A DNA stretch of 64,000 bases from Amoebidium appalachense (lineage: Eukaryota; Protista; Ichthyosporea), in contig CAVNZM010000004.1 of NCBI GenBank assembly GCA_963693365.1, positions 11,808,468 through 11,872,467 on the forward strand, read 5' to 3'. The position numbers and the translations under genes are program-made. Each line of letters starts with the position of its first letter. The stretch's first letter is position 1. The notes below the pieces were generated by a model. It was given only the letters and a program-made list of their open reading frames with translations, ran no database searches and was not told the origin of the DNA. Shown in pieces: positions 1 through 43,277 of this stretch.

Positions 1-28940
<28,940 letters not shown>

Positions 28941-29533
28941 TATCACCTCTGCACCATTAGAGTTTGTTATTTGGGAGCAAAGATGGTAGCATCCAAGACA
29001 CCACCATGTGGGCACCACCACGCAGGTCTACTCGACTCCTTCCCCTCACTCTCCCCCCTTTTCCCCTTTCCCCTTTGCCTGTGTGTGCCCCCCTTTTCCC
29101 CCTCTTCGCCCCGCCTCTCTCCCTCGCCCCCTCCCTCATTCCACGCCACCCAAGGCGGCTTAACCGGGCTTCGATGCTACCCACTGCTAGACAAACAAAA
29201 CCTCCATCACCCCACCAGCCATAATCCGCCCGTAAAATACACACAACACCCCTCTATGGCGGCGTGTCAGATCCGTCCCCCCCCCACCCTCTCTCCCCAT
29301 CACTGAACTCCTAAACACCTTCATGACGTAACACTTGACGCACTCGTCTACCCACGTAGCACACAAAACGGTAATACTTGATCACATCACCCCTGTCTTT
29401 CTTTCCTATTCTCGCGGTATTCTAACCCTATATATACCACTATTTACTAGCTATAAAGACCCAGGCACATGGCCTTTTTTCCATCCCTCTCTCTCCCGTC
29501 CTCCCACCCCCCCCCCCCCTTCCCCCAGCCCCC

Positions 29534-29567
<34 letters not shown>

Positions 29568-30019
29568 CACCCCCTTTTCCCCCGCCCTTCCCCCCCCCTC
29601 ACCTGTAATAGCTTCATTATTACCGGTTAGGTACAGTCTTACCCACTATCCAACCTTTTTTAGCAACCACAGCAAGTGAACGTACTGTTATAACACCCCG
29701 TTTTCAAAAGACTCACAGGTGGCTGGATGCCTTACCTTTCGGACCTTGCTGTTCATGTTCGTTTGGCGCACGGGGACACCTGCCGTGAACTAAGAAGACA
29801 AACTGCCAACGGCAAAGGGCACAAGCGCGCCTCTTTTAGCTATGCTATCACCTATTCTAGCACTCTTTAATAGGGCCAAAGCTAATTAGCCTTACAGCCG
29901 CCGGCTCTATACAAAAGTATACAGAGTTCACTACTGAGAAGTAGGTGTAATGTGTAAACACACGTTATATTAGCTTTGATGTACACGTGCACATGCATGC
30001 ACCCTGTATAACGGTCGAA

Positions 30020-30038
30020 CCAATCAGCGATGACGTCA
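30020..30038. promoter_or_regulatory. CCAAT box plus perfect CRE (TGACGTCA) upstream of MDN1
   Basis: CCAAT at 30020-30024 and TGACGTCA at 30031-30038 in repeat-free DNA about 1.1 kb upstream of the ATG. Confidence 0.35.
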
Positions 30039-30406
30039 GGCTCAGCAATAGCTATATAAGGTAATAACGCGAGCCCGCCAAATTCCTTTTGCAGTTCAAA
30101 TTTGAGATAAATGATTCTCGGATTCGATCCTCGATATGGCCCAACCTCGGTCGAAGCGTGTATGTCAAGCTCGAATGCCATGCCAGAGCCATGTCATACA
30201 TATCCTTGATTGAATCGTCCTAGTCCTCAGTCGTATGCATGTGACTGGTTTGTGTAACCTTGATGTTTGGCGCGTGACGTCCGTGGTTTATGTACATGGA
30301 CCGTCTACAATGCAGTGCACGAGCACTGGCCGGCCTCTTGAAGGCGTCACGTGTGGAACATGTACATGTTGGTCTCCTACTCAGGGACGTTTGGCCATGG
30401 CATGGC

Positions 30407-30443
<37 letters not shown>

Positions 30444-30903
30444 TCCACCCCCCCCCCCCCCCCCCCCCCCCCCGGCCCCCCGGCCCCTGCCCGCTAAACA
30501 AATTCCTCCCCCGCCCCCCCCCCCCCTCCTCCGGCCAACCCCCCCCCCCCCCCCCTTTATAGGTTGATCCCCCCCCCACGCCGGGCCGGCCGGCCCCCCT
30601 GCCCGGCTACATGTACATGTCACCATATATATGGTCCCGGCCCGTGCACGACAAGTATACGTAGGACTGTTCTGAACGTGTACATGTGACAGTAATGTTG
30701 GCCCACACTAATAGTACATGATCACTGCTCTGCCTATCGCAACGGCAGGAAGTTTTGCTCCCCGGGGTGGGGGCCAAAGGCGAGGGTGTGAGGCAATATG
30801 AGGGAGTTGTGGTGGAGATATCGGTATCCGTTGTGGCCAAAACGGGGGGGGGGGGGGGGGACTGGGGGGCTGTGCTCGAGTCAGGTTGAACTTTCTCTCT
30901 CTA

Positions 30904-32636
<1,733 letters not shown>

Positions 32637-33179
32637 TGGCCAGCGCATGATGGATTGGATGAAAGTGGCTCCCCAATGAAAACCCTCCAACATAGAGTGT
32701 ACCGATAGTCTTACAATAGATACCCTTAGTTGTGCCATGACAAAGAATGACAAGACCTAGAACGCCAATCAGAATTCATTTCGCCATCCAGCTCGTCACT
32801 CGTGACCAAACTCACCGACTGCCAGTGACGAATCGCACATATCGAATCGGGTCATTGATTCAGTTCGATTTCTCATCTCCATTTCGGGTACCTAATTCAA
32901 AAGCGGAGTACGTATACCGTCACACTCACGGCATTTTTATTTAAAGCCCTATGATGTCGAACCGGGTCATCGATTTGGGGACTCAGAAGCGGATTCGGTT
33001 TGGGTTTTCGAAATCGACTCGAATACCCGAACCGTAACCGTGGTTCGCCTTGTGGTACAGATCTACTTAATACACAGTAAATTGGCCAAAAATCACATGG
33101 ATTTTAGATCGGACCGCCAACACCTCCTGTCATTTAATGCAACTAAATCCACGATGGCCAGTCACTAATCTTAGATAAT

Positions 33180-33560
33180 TTACCAATAATAATATAATGC
33201 ATAAAGCACCAATCACATAATTTCTTTTGCGATTCTATTACCAAGATTTTACCCGCTTTTTTCTCGTAGCTCTTGATTGGCTTAAAGGTCCGAAATGGAG
33301 CGTCGCTTTCGTAGATCCGAGCAGATCTGCGCATGTGATTGGTGCCGCGATCCATCTATTTCGCTAGCTGATTGCCGAGTCCAGTTCCTCCCCCACACCC
33401 CCTCCATCTCCTCAGACCCAACTCTGGGTTACGTGACCTCAAATGCAACCTAAGTGACCTCGGTTGGGAATAAACTGATTGGAACAAGACCCATGATTGG
33501 AACACGCCACCCAAATAATTGCGACGCAGAGTGCTCACTTTTGCTGTTCACGTCACGCTT
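33180..33560. promoter_or_regulatory. Cluster of CCAAT/ATTGG (NF-Y-like) boxes upstream of the SDR gene
   Basis: CCAAT at 33183 and 33209; ATTGG at 33276, 33338, 33478 and 33496. Confidence 0.35.
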
Positions 33561-33744
33561 TCCCTTTTTGTTTTGTTTACTTTCTAATATAAACCTATTA
33601 TAAAGCCTTGTCCTCCTGTCACACAATACCCGTAGGTTGGCCGTACTAGTAAACGAACTCGTTTTATAGGGAGCAAACACGTTTAGAGCAGGTTAAACCA
33701 ATCTTGTCGTTCTGTTGTTGTCATCTTTCTTTGAGGCTGTCACC

Positions 33745-34300
33745 ATGTTGTCCCTGCAGTTAACCCGCAGTATGTGCAGTGGCCTTGGGCTATCAGGCCG
33801 AACCTACGCAACCCAGGTTGTCTTCTCTCAGCAGCTTAGTTTGCGTTCCGTCCCATTACTGCTCAATCGACCGAATGGCTCATTCCACAATCCGTTCTCT
33901 ACCCCACCCCAATCTACCCTAATGAGCTTTGTCCAAATAACATGCGCTAATTGCTGCGACTCCTGCTGGTTTGCCTATAAATTGATCAACAGACTTTTTT
34001 CCTTATCACTGCACCTGGCCACAAATGCATCCCTCCCCCCCCCCCCCCCCCCCCCCCCCCCAACACCCCCATCACCCACCCACCCCACCCTCCCCCTCAC
34101 CCCCTCTTCCCCACTTTCCCATAGATGCATTGCAACCTGAGAAACAGCTCTCCCTTTTGACGTCCAAGATCCTGTTGTGGGGCACGGAAAGCCGTCTGAT
34201 TTATGTACAGGCCCCAAAAACAAACTACCCTCTAACTTCAGTGTTTTCTTTGCTCAGTTCTTTCTCCCAAGGCGGTGTGTACCCAAACACACAATGCAGT

Positions 34301-34362
<62 letters not shown>

Positions 34363-34519
34363 CACACAGGGAGGCAGCAAGGGTGTAGCCCTTATTGCCG
34401 GTGCCGGGGAGGGCTGTGGTGGGGCTGTGGCCCGGCGATTTGCAAAGGCCGGATACACGGCCTGTGTGGTGCGAAGAACAGCAGACAAACTCGAACCCCT
34501 GGTAATGAAAAGGGCGCGG

Positions 34520-34567
<48 letters not shown>

Positions 34568-35058
34568 AGAGGGGGGAGGGGGGGGAGGGGGGAGGGGGGA
34601 GGGATGAGGAGCACGGATGGATGGTGCATACTGTGAGTAGTTGGGGACTATGGTATCAAATTACGGAGTAGCCAACAATATGGTAGTCGTCCTTTGATAG
34701 AAGAAAGTAAGGAAGCAGAGACAGGGTTGCAGGAGCTGAATGGGGCGATTTAGTGATTATTGGAAATTTCCTGAGCTGCCCCCCCTCCCTCCTTCCCCAC
34801 TGGTCATCCTACTCCCCGGGGGGGGGAGAGGGGGGGGGGGGGGGGGGGGGGGGAGATAACATTAGACCAAGTAAAGGAGATAAAAACAAAAAGGTCATTC
34901 ATGAAGGAGTTGAAAACCTGGTGCCTCTTTTTCACACTCAGTTTTCTGTAACAAATGTGATCCCGGTCACCCCCCCCCCCCCCCCCCCCCCCCTTTTCTC
35001 TGTTCCTCTCTCAGACCAGCTGTATGCCTGCTTGTGCTTGTTACTACATTCTTTAAGC

Positions 35059-35115
<57 letters not shown>

Positions 35116-35510
35116 TGTTTGTGTGTATGTGAGTATGTTTGTGTGTGTGGGTGTCTGTCAGGAAAATGGGTGTTTATTTGTTTGTTTGTTTTTTCTGTTT
35201 TGATTTTTTTTTTTTTTTTTTTTTTTGGGGGGGGGGGGAAGAGGGGGGTGCTAAAGCCTTGTGCAGGTGAAGCAGATTGAGGCAGATGGGGGCAAGAGCA
35301 TTGCCTTTGGGGTTGATTGCCGAAAGGAAAGCGAGGTCGTGGACATGGTAGCTCACATCGAAAAAGAGGTACACCTATGTATTTCTACCACCACCTTCAC
35401 TCCAACCGAAACTATGGTAGTAGTAATAGCAGTAATAATAGTTATAGTGCCTTTATAAGGCACACAAACACGGCCCCACACACCTTCCTTTGCTTGCTGT
35501 TTACCCCCCC

Positions 35511-35542
<32 letters not shown>

Positions 35543-36102
35543 CCCGCCCGCCCGCCCGCCCCAGCTCCCCGCTCCCCGCCGTGTTTTCTAGACACATTTT
35601 CTGTTTCCATTGAAGGTGCACACTTTGTTTGTGTGCGCTTGGGGGGGGGGAAGAGGGATGGTGGGATATTCTGTCTGTCTATTCCTAACAGCTGCTATTT
35701 CATTCATTCAGTCCATGAAATGTTGGTCTTGGTTCTCCAAGGTGTTTCTCTTCTTGAGGAAAGGGAAAAACTACCTCGAGAGGGAAAGGTGGTATGGGGT
35801 GGAGAGGGGGGGGGGGAAGGGGGGGGGGGGGGGGGGGGGGGATTGTTACTGTTACTGATCCTCATCTCCCCGGGACAGATTGGGCCAATCGAAGTGGCTG
35901 TGCACAACATTGGCGGGAATGTGAAGTTTGATATCTGCGACACAACAGCAAAGAAATATTTCAAGGTACATACCCCTGTTGATGCTTGATTTCTGCTTGG
36001 CCGGTAGCCGTTGCCAGGAGGGGAGAGGAGTATGGGGAAGAGCCTGGAGGAGTATGTATGTGTGTGTGTTTTTTTTTTTTTTTGGTTTTTTTTTTGGTTT
36101 TT

Positions 36103-36154
<52 letters not shown>

Positions 36155-36700
36155 GGGGGCCTGTAGCGAGGGGGTTGTTGCAATTTTTGCACACACGCAT
36201 GCAGTATGGCAGTCATGTGATACGTAGTCGGCTTTCCTCCTGAGTCTTGCACATCCGGGCACACACACACACACTCACCCTCTCTTTCTCTCTCTCCCTT
36301 CTTTCTCCCTCCCCCCCCCCCCCCCCCCCCCCACCCCACCCCACCCCATTTCCTCAAGATATGAGGGTTATCCCGCCATTTCTGCGAATCATCTCACGTG
36401 TTCTTCTCGTACAGGTGTGGGAGATGGCGTGCTTTTCCGGGTTTTTGATTGGGCGGGAGGCAGCCAAGCACATGCTGCCACGAGAGAGGGGCACCATTCT
36501 CTTCACAGGGGCCACGGCAAGTGTGAGGGGTGGCAGCGGGTTTGCTGCATTTTCTGGTGGGTTGTTTTTGGGTTTTTGTTTTGTTTTGTTTTGTTCGTTT
36601 GTTTGTTTTCTTGTTTTTTGTTTGTTAACATTGTTCTGTTTTTTTTTTGGTTCCCACCATCCCGAAGGGTTAGGTGTTGTTGTGTGTTTGTTTTTTTGCC

Positions 36701-36759
<59 letters not shown>

Positions 36760-37184
36760 TCTTCGGTTCTAGATAATACTTTTCTCGATTGCCATAAAGT
36801 GGCTTTAGTGTGCCACATCCATTCCCTCCAAGAGTTCTATTTACTCTGGTTTTTCTCGTTTCCTTTCGGAAACCCCTCTCAAAGTTGGCTATGCTTTTTG
36901 CTATAGGCGATCGAGTTCACCTTTTTCCTGGGCTATTGGTCAAGAAAGTTGCTCATATATCAGTTTCAATAAAGTAGGATTCGCCTTTTCACTTTCCTCT
37001 ACAATACTGCATAAGAGATATACTATTTACTTATTGTATATCTCGTCCTAGGGGCCAAACACGGTCTGCGTGCACTAGCCCAGAGCATGGCCCGTGAGTT
37101 GGGACCAAAGGGCATCCATGTAGGCCACATCATCGTCGACGGTGCAATCGACACCCCATGGTGCGCATGCACTGCCCCTCCTCC

Positions 37185-37234
<50 letters not shown>

Positions 37235-37748
37235 TGGGGGGGGGGGGGGGGGGGGGGGGAGGCATACACACACACATACACACTGACGTACAAACACACT
37301 CACACACACACACACACATACACACACACACACACACCATTCTGGATCGGATTACAGCAGTTAACTATTCAACCTGCTTACCTCTACCATCCGATCTCCT
37401 AAAATGCAGCCTAACCCAATAACTCACCCTCTTGCTTTTTCAACATACATTCCTAACCAGTCCAGATTGCGTGCAGTAGGCTGACAAACTCTTGACAAAA
37501 AGGTTGTGCACAACATACTAAACACGGTAGAAGGCCCGGTCAACCCCAGGGCATGGGAAAGGGGCCGGCAGCCGGGAGGGGGAGGGGGGGGGGGGGGGGG
37601 GTCTCGAAGCAGGATATATAGCACATGAAGGATGTATGTGCTTGGCTACGGCTTAGGGAAATGAGAAGTGTACTGAATGGATTTGTTACTTAGGTGTGGG
37701 GGATCACCAATATCCATTTTCTGAATCACGCCGGCTGTGAAATCTGTG

Positions 37749-37822
<74 letters not shown>

Positions 37823-38064
37823 CATTCTCTCCCTCCCTCCCTCTCCAGCAACATAAATAAACACTTTCACCATTGCCCAATGACTCAACCAAGCACACCT
37901 ACAGGATCGAGCAGATGTTTGGAGACAAGTATGCCGAGCTGATCAGCAAGGACGGCATTCTACAGCCAGATGCCATTGCCGAGACATACTACATGCTGCA
38001 CACCCAGCCTAGGTCCGCATGGACACACGAGATTGATGTGCGCCCGTGGATGGAAAAGTGGTAG
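33745..38064 (+). CDS. Short-chain dehydrogenase/reductase, bacterial-type atypical subgroup (SDR_c10-like), with putative mitochondrial presequence; 7 exons
   Basis: Exons 33745-33816, 34370-34501, 35267-35368, 35879-35965, 36415-36557, 37052-37160 and 37905-38064 join in frame. Motifs: GAGEGCG Rossmann motif, HNIG, FTGATAS, FSGAK (Phe at the catalytic Tyr position), ARELGPKGIHV, C-terminal SAWTHEIDVRPWMEKW. Confidence 0.92.
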
Positions 38065-38207
38065 GATGACTGGCAGACAACTTTTGTGCCATACAGAAAT
38101 ATGGTACTGTCGGGCTACAGTGATATTATGATCATGTGATTATGATTTAGTTGGGCATGTTGTACTAATAATGGCATCTTTAAATTTGTGGGGGGCTTCC
38201 TTTTCCC

Positions 38208-38244
<37 letters not shown>

Positions 38245-38815
38245 GCACTTGCACTAGAAACCTTCTGTGCATACAGCATGTCAATCAGTAGCATAGTTAA
38301 CGGTTAATTGGTGAATATCTGGTAGGAGGCTACTGTACTTGTTAAACACGAGGGCGGTGTACTTCCATTGCATTGGTTCAACGAAAAATGTTGAGTGAAT
38401 CATACTTAAGCTTAAATGGACCAAAACAAATAAATGGTAGTAGACATACACATATTATCATCTACGTTACTGCGCGGCAGGAAGTATGTTGCAGAGTTTG
38501 ACCTTCACGATAGTGCATATGCAACATCTTTGCTGTTAGACAGTGTCATATTGGGTTTTCATACGATGACCTCACCCAGCAAGACTGGAGTGCTCACAGA
38601 GGCTCACAGAGATGTATTGTTTTTGTGATAGCAGTAATACAGAGATAGCAGTATTACAGAACTTTTCGGACGGGATGGGTGGGGTTTCTCATAGAGTGTA
38701 TACATAGCTTGCTAGCAGGTGTGTGTACATGACATTGTGGCACTTGCAACACCTGTGGACGATTACGAAATTCTCAAATTAGACAAGCAGTCGAACGAAA
38801 AACGCAACCATGATA

Positions 38816-39898
38816 TCAAGGTTTTGTAAGCATGATCTCTCCGACCTCGGCATCAGTAGGTTTCACGAGCAGTACCTTAACTACCGGCCCGCCTGTAATT
38901 AGCCGCCTGACAATTTGCTCGTTAGGCTCACCCTCTACCCGTGTGCCATTTACACTCACAATCTTCATCTGAAGGGGAAGTTGTGCTTGCTGTGCAGGAG
39001 ATCCGGGGTGCACTTCTACAATTATCCCCCTACGTACACCCACACCCAACCTTTCTGCACCTGTGGGACGGCGAAGTACGTACTCTTTCTCTTCGGGCTT
39101 TTCCTCCTTCCGACCACCCAGACCCTGCAAAGCAACTTCTTGGAAATCACCACCCAGATCGGTTGCGGGCGGTGCCGTTGCCTGGGATGCTAGCGACCGT
39201 TTACGCTCTTGCATGTCTTGAACGGTAGGGATCACTACCGAAGAGCGACGACGTGGGGTTTCCGTGGTGGTATATGATGCAACTGGTTTTGGGCTCTCCG
39301 TCACCGTTGCCGAATCGGTTGAGGTCAGAGACGATCCACTCATGGTTTCGAGTGTGTTTGTTGGGCTAAGGCCCATGGTGGGGGTAATGGGGCGCATCTT
39401 TGAGCGGAAGCTAGCACGCGTGCCTGAGGGGGTCGTCGGGGCTGATGTTGGTGCAGCATTAGGAGCTACGCACTCCTCTGGTGCAGAGGAAGATGAAACA
39501 CTGTTCTTTCGCAGCCTTCGGACGAGATTCGCACTCCCCTGCCCTGTGTGCGTAAGGGGGATTGTTGATAAAATCGTTGCCAGAGGGGTAGCCTGTGCCA
39601 TAAAAGACGACCTTCGACTGTTTGGAGAGCAGGGGTTGCTTCTTACAGTGGCTGAGACGCGCCTGGTTATAGTGGCTCTTTTTTGTGTGGGCAGGACAGT
39701 TGGGCTTGCTTCGCTGGCCGAGTCATCTTCTGAAATGGGATCTACCGTTACATCGCTACCTGAGGCTTTAAGGGCTTCTGCAAGTCCATGCTTAAAGGCT
39801 ATCTCAGCTGCGCTCTTACTGCGTCGTATACCCGCTGTGTGGCTGGAATCATCAAACTGCTCGGAGGTTGGAGCCTCGAACGCTACCTCAGTTGCCAT
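38816..39898 (-). CDS. Ser/Thr-rich disordered protein with a C-terminal PDZ domain (Mint/X11 or syntenin PDZ2-like); intronless CDS
   Basis: 360-aa repeat-free ORF; YVLRRPTGAERLGVGVRRGIIVEVHPGSPAQQAQL...KIVSVNG...VKVLLV is a PDZ signature; CAG acceptor just before the ATG. Confidence 0.85.
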   Translation of the reverse strand: MATEVAFEAPTSEQFDDSSHTAGIRRSKSAAEIAFKHGLAEALKASGSDVTVDPISEDDSASEASPTVLPTQKRATITRRVSATVRSNPCSPNSRRSSFMAQATPLATILSTIPLTHTGQGSANLVRRLRKNSVSSSSAPEECVAPNAAPTSAPTTPSGTRASFRSKMRPITPTMGLSPTNTLETMSGSSLTSTDSATVTESPKPVASYTTTETPRRRSSVVIPTVQDMQERKRSLASQATAPPATDLGGDFQEVALQGLGGRKEEKPEEKEYVLRRPTGAERLGVGVRRGIIVEVHPGSPAQQAQLPLQMKIVSVNGTRVEGEPNEQIVRRLITGGPVVKVLLVKPTDAEVGEIMLTKP

Positions 39899-41467
39899 CC
39901 TGCAGCCGCATCGAAAGAAAGCAGGTGGTCGTGTTTACTGACTAAGAAATTGTGTGCGTGGGAAGAAAAAGGTTTGACGATAGTTTGTAAACTTGAAAGA
40001 ATCAAGGAAATCGGGTGAAAGACTACCACGCCGTTCACCTCGCTGATAACGATCTCACCCGTAACAACAATGAACTAAACTGGCTAAGGTTTGAATACAG
40101 GTTGGGGGCAAGAAGTAACAGTTTGCTAATGAAATTGCCCCAGCTGATCAGCCGTTCAGCGTGCCTAACTACAACTAATTTTCCCTTAAACTCAAGTCAA
40201 TACTAAAGAGCTTGACATTGGCGAGTTGACGCAGAGCAGAAAATAACGGAACAGAGCGCAAAGAACAGGTGAGGTGGCCACGCAACTAAAACGAAGGGAA
40301 GTGAAGTGAACCCGTTCAGTCAAAACATGTACCCCTACATAGAAATTGCTAGCCAATCATTTCAAGGATCTGTGAATTGAATAGATTGCCTTCTTTGTTA
40401 CATGACCTTAATCCAATAATAGCACACGCCCTGCTGGCCCAGCTGTAACACTGTCACTGAGGACAGTCACCTATTTTGGAAACAGCTTTACGCCTAATAC
40501 AAAACTCGTTTTTTAAATACAGCAGATGGCTCTCTTATAAGAACATATTGTTTAGCTCTACAATAGTACTGAGGCCATTATTGTGTGGAGTGTGGTTGCT
40601 CGGAACTTTCGTTGACCTCGCTGATCATATGTATTGTCTCATTCCTTGGAATTATCAGTTTTATTGGCCAATAGTTAGGCTGTAGCGTAATTTACGCATC
40701 GCCGGAGAAGCCATGGCTGTGGTGCTGTCAGAGCCAATTATGTTGTACGTATGACGTCATGTGGTGCGCCGCCGTTTATTCGAGGGCCCGCCTAAGCTTG
40801 CCAACGGTTTGTTTCGACACGGTAACGTCGTTTTTCACAGGCGTATCTGGTTGGGAGGAAGTATTGTTGGCCTTGCTGCCGACACCTCATCACAGCCCAT
40901 ATACATTTGGGGGAATGTGCTGTTTATTAACGACGTGTAGGTTTAACGACATGTAGGTTACATTTCGTAAATGATCTTAAAAAACAGCACGTTCTCCCCC
41001 TTTCCGACATGCCGTGATCAATAATCGGCTAGTTTGGGGCACCATTCGGGCACACAGCAACACACAGCACACGGTACCGTTGGCACAGCCCACACAGCAC
41101 ACATAGCATGCATACACAACCACTAATAAACTGCTGGAAAAGTGCTGGAATCAAGTGCTGGAAAAATTACGAAGTAACGTTGCACCTACACCTTGGGTTG
41201 CCCGCCAGGTAGTAGTGTAACAAATGATTTGCTCGAAATCCTAGCACCAGGAAAGTAATGATTTCGAGTGCCAGGAACACGAATGCCCATTCTACAAGTG
41301 TTATTCGAGTATTTTTTTTTGTCTGAAACAGTTCGAATGTGTAGAACTCTGTCAGCTGTATTAGACCACAATCTTACGACACATCATGCTGATCATACCT
41401 ACAAATAATGTTAACCCTAGGCCTCCATCAGGGCCTCCCTCCTCCTTGCCCACACCTCAGGATCCGG

Positions 41468-41818
41468 AGCAGAATTATTCTACTGAAAGCAGAATTATTC
41501 TGGTGAAAGCAGAATTGTTCTGCAAGAGCAGAATTATTCTGCAAAAAGTAGAATCATTCTGCTTTTCACCGAATTATCTGCTTTAAGCAGAATCATTCTG
41601 CTTTTAGCAGAGTTATTTCGCAAGAAGCAGAATTATTCTGCTCAAGGCAACAGATTAAGCTTGCTTTCAGCACAACATTTTTGCTTTTCGCAGAATAATT
41701 CTGCTGTTTGCAGAATAGTTCTGTTGTTAGCAGAATAATGTTGCTTTTGCAGAATAATTCTGCTTTTGCTTAATTATTCTGCAAAAGAACAACTCAGCTG
41801 TTGCAGAATAATTCTGCT
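41468..41818. repeat. Fold-back array of ~20-bp units with quasi-palindromic core GCAGAATTATTCTGC
   Basis: About 9 units of AGAATTATTCT type (41470-41640) followed by about 6 mostly inverted units (AGAATAATTCT, 41690-41818); the two ends are reverse complements. Confidence 0.85.
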
Positions 41819-42348
41819 TGGAGTAATGTTGGCTCTTGACGATGTGGTTGAACCCTCCTCTGTGAGGTTGTCAGAGGTGAAACGTTAGGGCCCTTAGTAA
41901 AATATATAATCTGTGCTTGTGAGACGGTGTGGGTGTGTGTGGGTGTTTGTATGTCTGTGTGCGCGTGTGCACGCACGCTGTACATGTGTGTGTGCGTGCG
42001 CACGCATGAGTGCGTGGATTCCTATGCATTCTGTGCGCGCGCGTACAGCGCGTACCAAGCGGCTGACGGTGCGTGTGTTTGGTTTTGTGTGTGTGTGTGT
42101 GACAAGAAGAAGATTTGTGTGACTGTGTGTGTTCACTACAATCGCACTCAGAGCCGGTGTTGATGTCTGTATGGCATCACACGTATTAGGGATTCTTGAA
42201 TTTGAAATGAAGGGGCGAGGGGAGTAGCAAAAATCGACGTCCCCCCGGGGTGGCACCCCCCTTCCCATTCCTCCGGGGATGGAAAGACCCCTTGAAGTTC
42301 CTCCGCGCAGAGGTTGCCTGCCCTCCCCCCCCCCCCCCCCACCCACCC

Positions 42349-42395
<47 letters not shown>

Positions 42396-43245
42396 ACAGC
42401 AGCCGCCCACCCACCCGCCCGGCGCGTGTGCGTGATCGATGGCAAAGATTTCTTTCCGGATCCACCCTTGCAACCTGTAGATCTAGAGGCTCTTTTAATA
42501 CAGTAATCGTTAATATATTTAATGTATATTTAATGCATGAATCATTCATGACGGGAGGACAGGTTATCGCACTCACGTAAAGTGTTTGTTTGCTTATCTG
42601 TGTGGCGGGGGATGTATGCGTGTCCATGGTTTGGGTGAGTGATATATCTGCATGTTCATGTCGAGTGCGCATCGCTGGTTTGCATTGTGTGCCTTTTTGT
42701 GCATGTGTGGTACATGTGTGTGCAGGTGTGTGTGAAGAAAATACGTGTGAAGCTTTTGTGCATGTGTGTGCGCGCACAGAGGGGAGATTGGAAACGAGTC
42801 CCTCCCAAGCCCGTGAAGGGAGGGGGAAGCGCACAGGGGGGAGGGGGGGGGGGGGGGGGGATTCGAGCATGATCGTACGGTGTAGCCTGAGTTTCAGGTG
42901 AATCAGCTCAAGTATTTCTGTTATAATAGTAGGCGGCAATATTTAGGTTGTGGGAATGCAGTGTACCATTGCCAAATCCTAGTATTCAGAATATGATCAG
43001 GTTATCTGACACATCATGGCAGCCTGTGGGGTTCCCCCCCAAGGACCTGGCCTCGTCCGAGTAGGAGGCCCTATCCCCCCCCCCCCCCCCCCCGGGCCCC
43101 CTTCCCCCCTCCCCCCCCCTCCCCCTCCCCCCCCTCCCCCCCCCCCTCCCCCCGGGCCCCTCTCCCTCTGCTAGTTTGAGGGGTGGACGGCCTCTGGGGT
43201 GGGGGGGAGGGGGGGGCGCGGAGGGGCCCACTGTGCAAACCCCCC

Positions 43246-43277
<32 letters not shown>

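Noticed and set aside
30050-30145. tRNA gene suggested by GGATTCGATCC
   Set aside because: No acceptor, D or anticodon stems could be built.
33817-37904. Complementary (GT)n/(AC)n or G/C tracts pairing across introns to bridge splice sites
   Set aside because: Tracts are not consistently arranged as nested complementary pairs at opposite intron ends.
39264-39941. 225-aa plus-strand ORF
   Set aside because: Antisense shadow of the PDZ gene with no recognisable domain.
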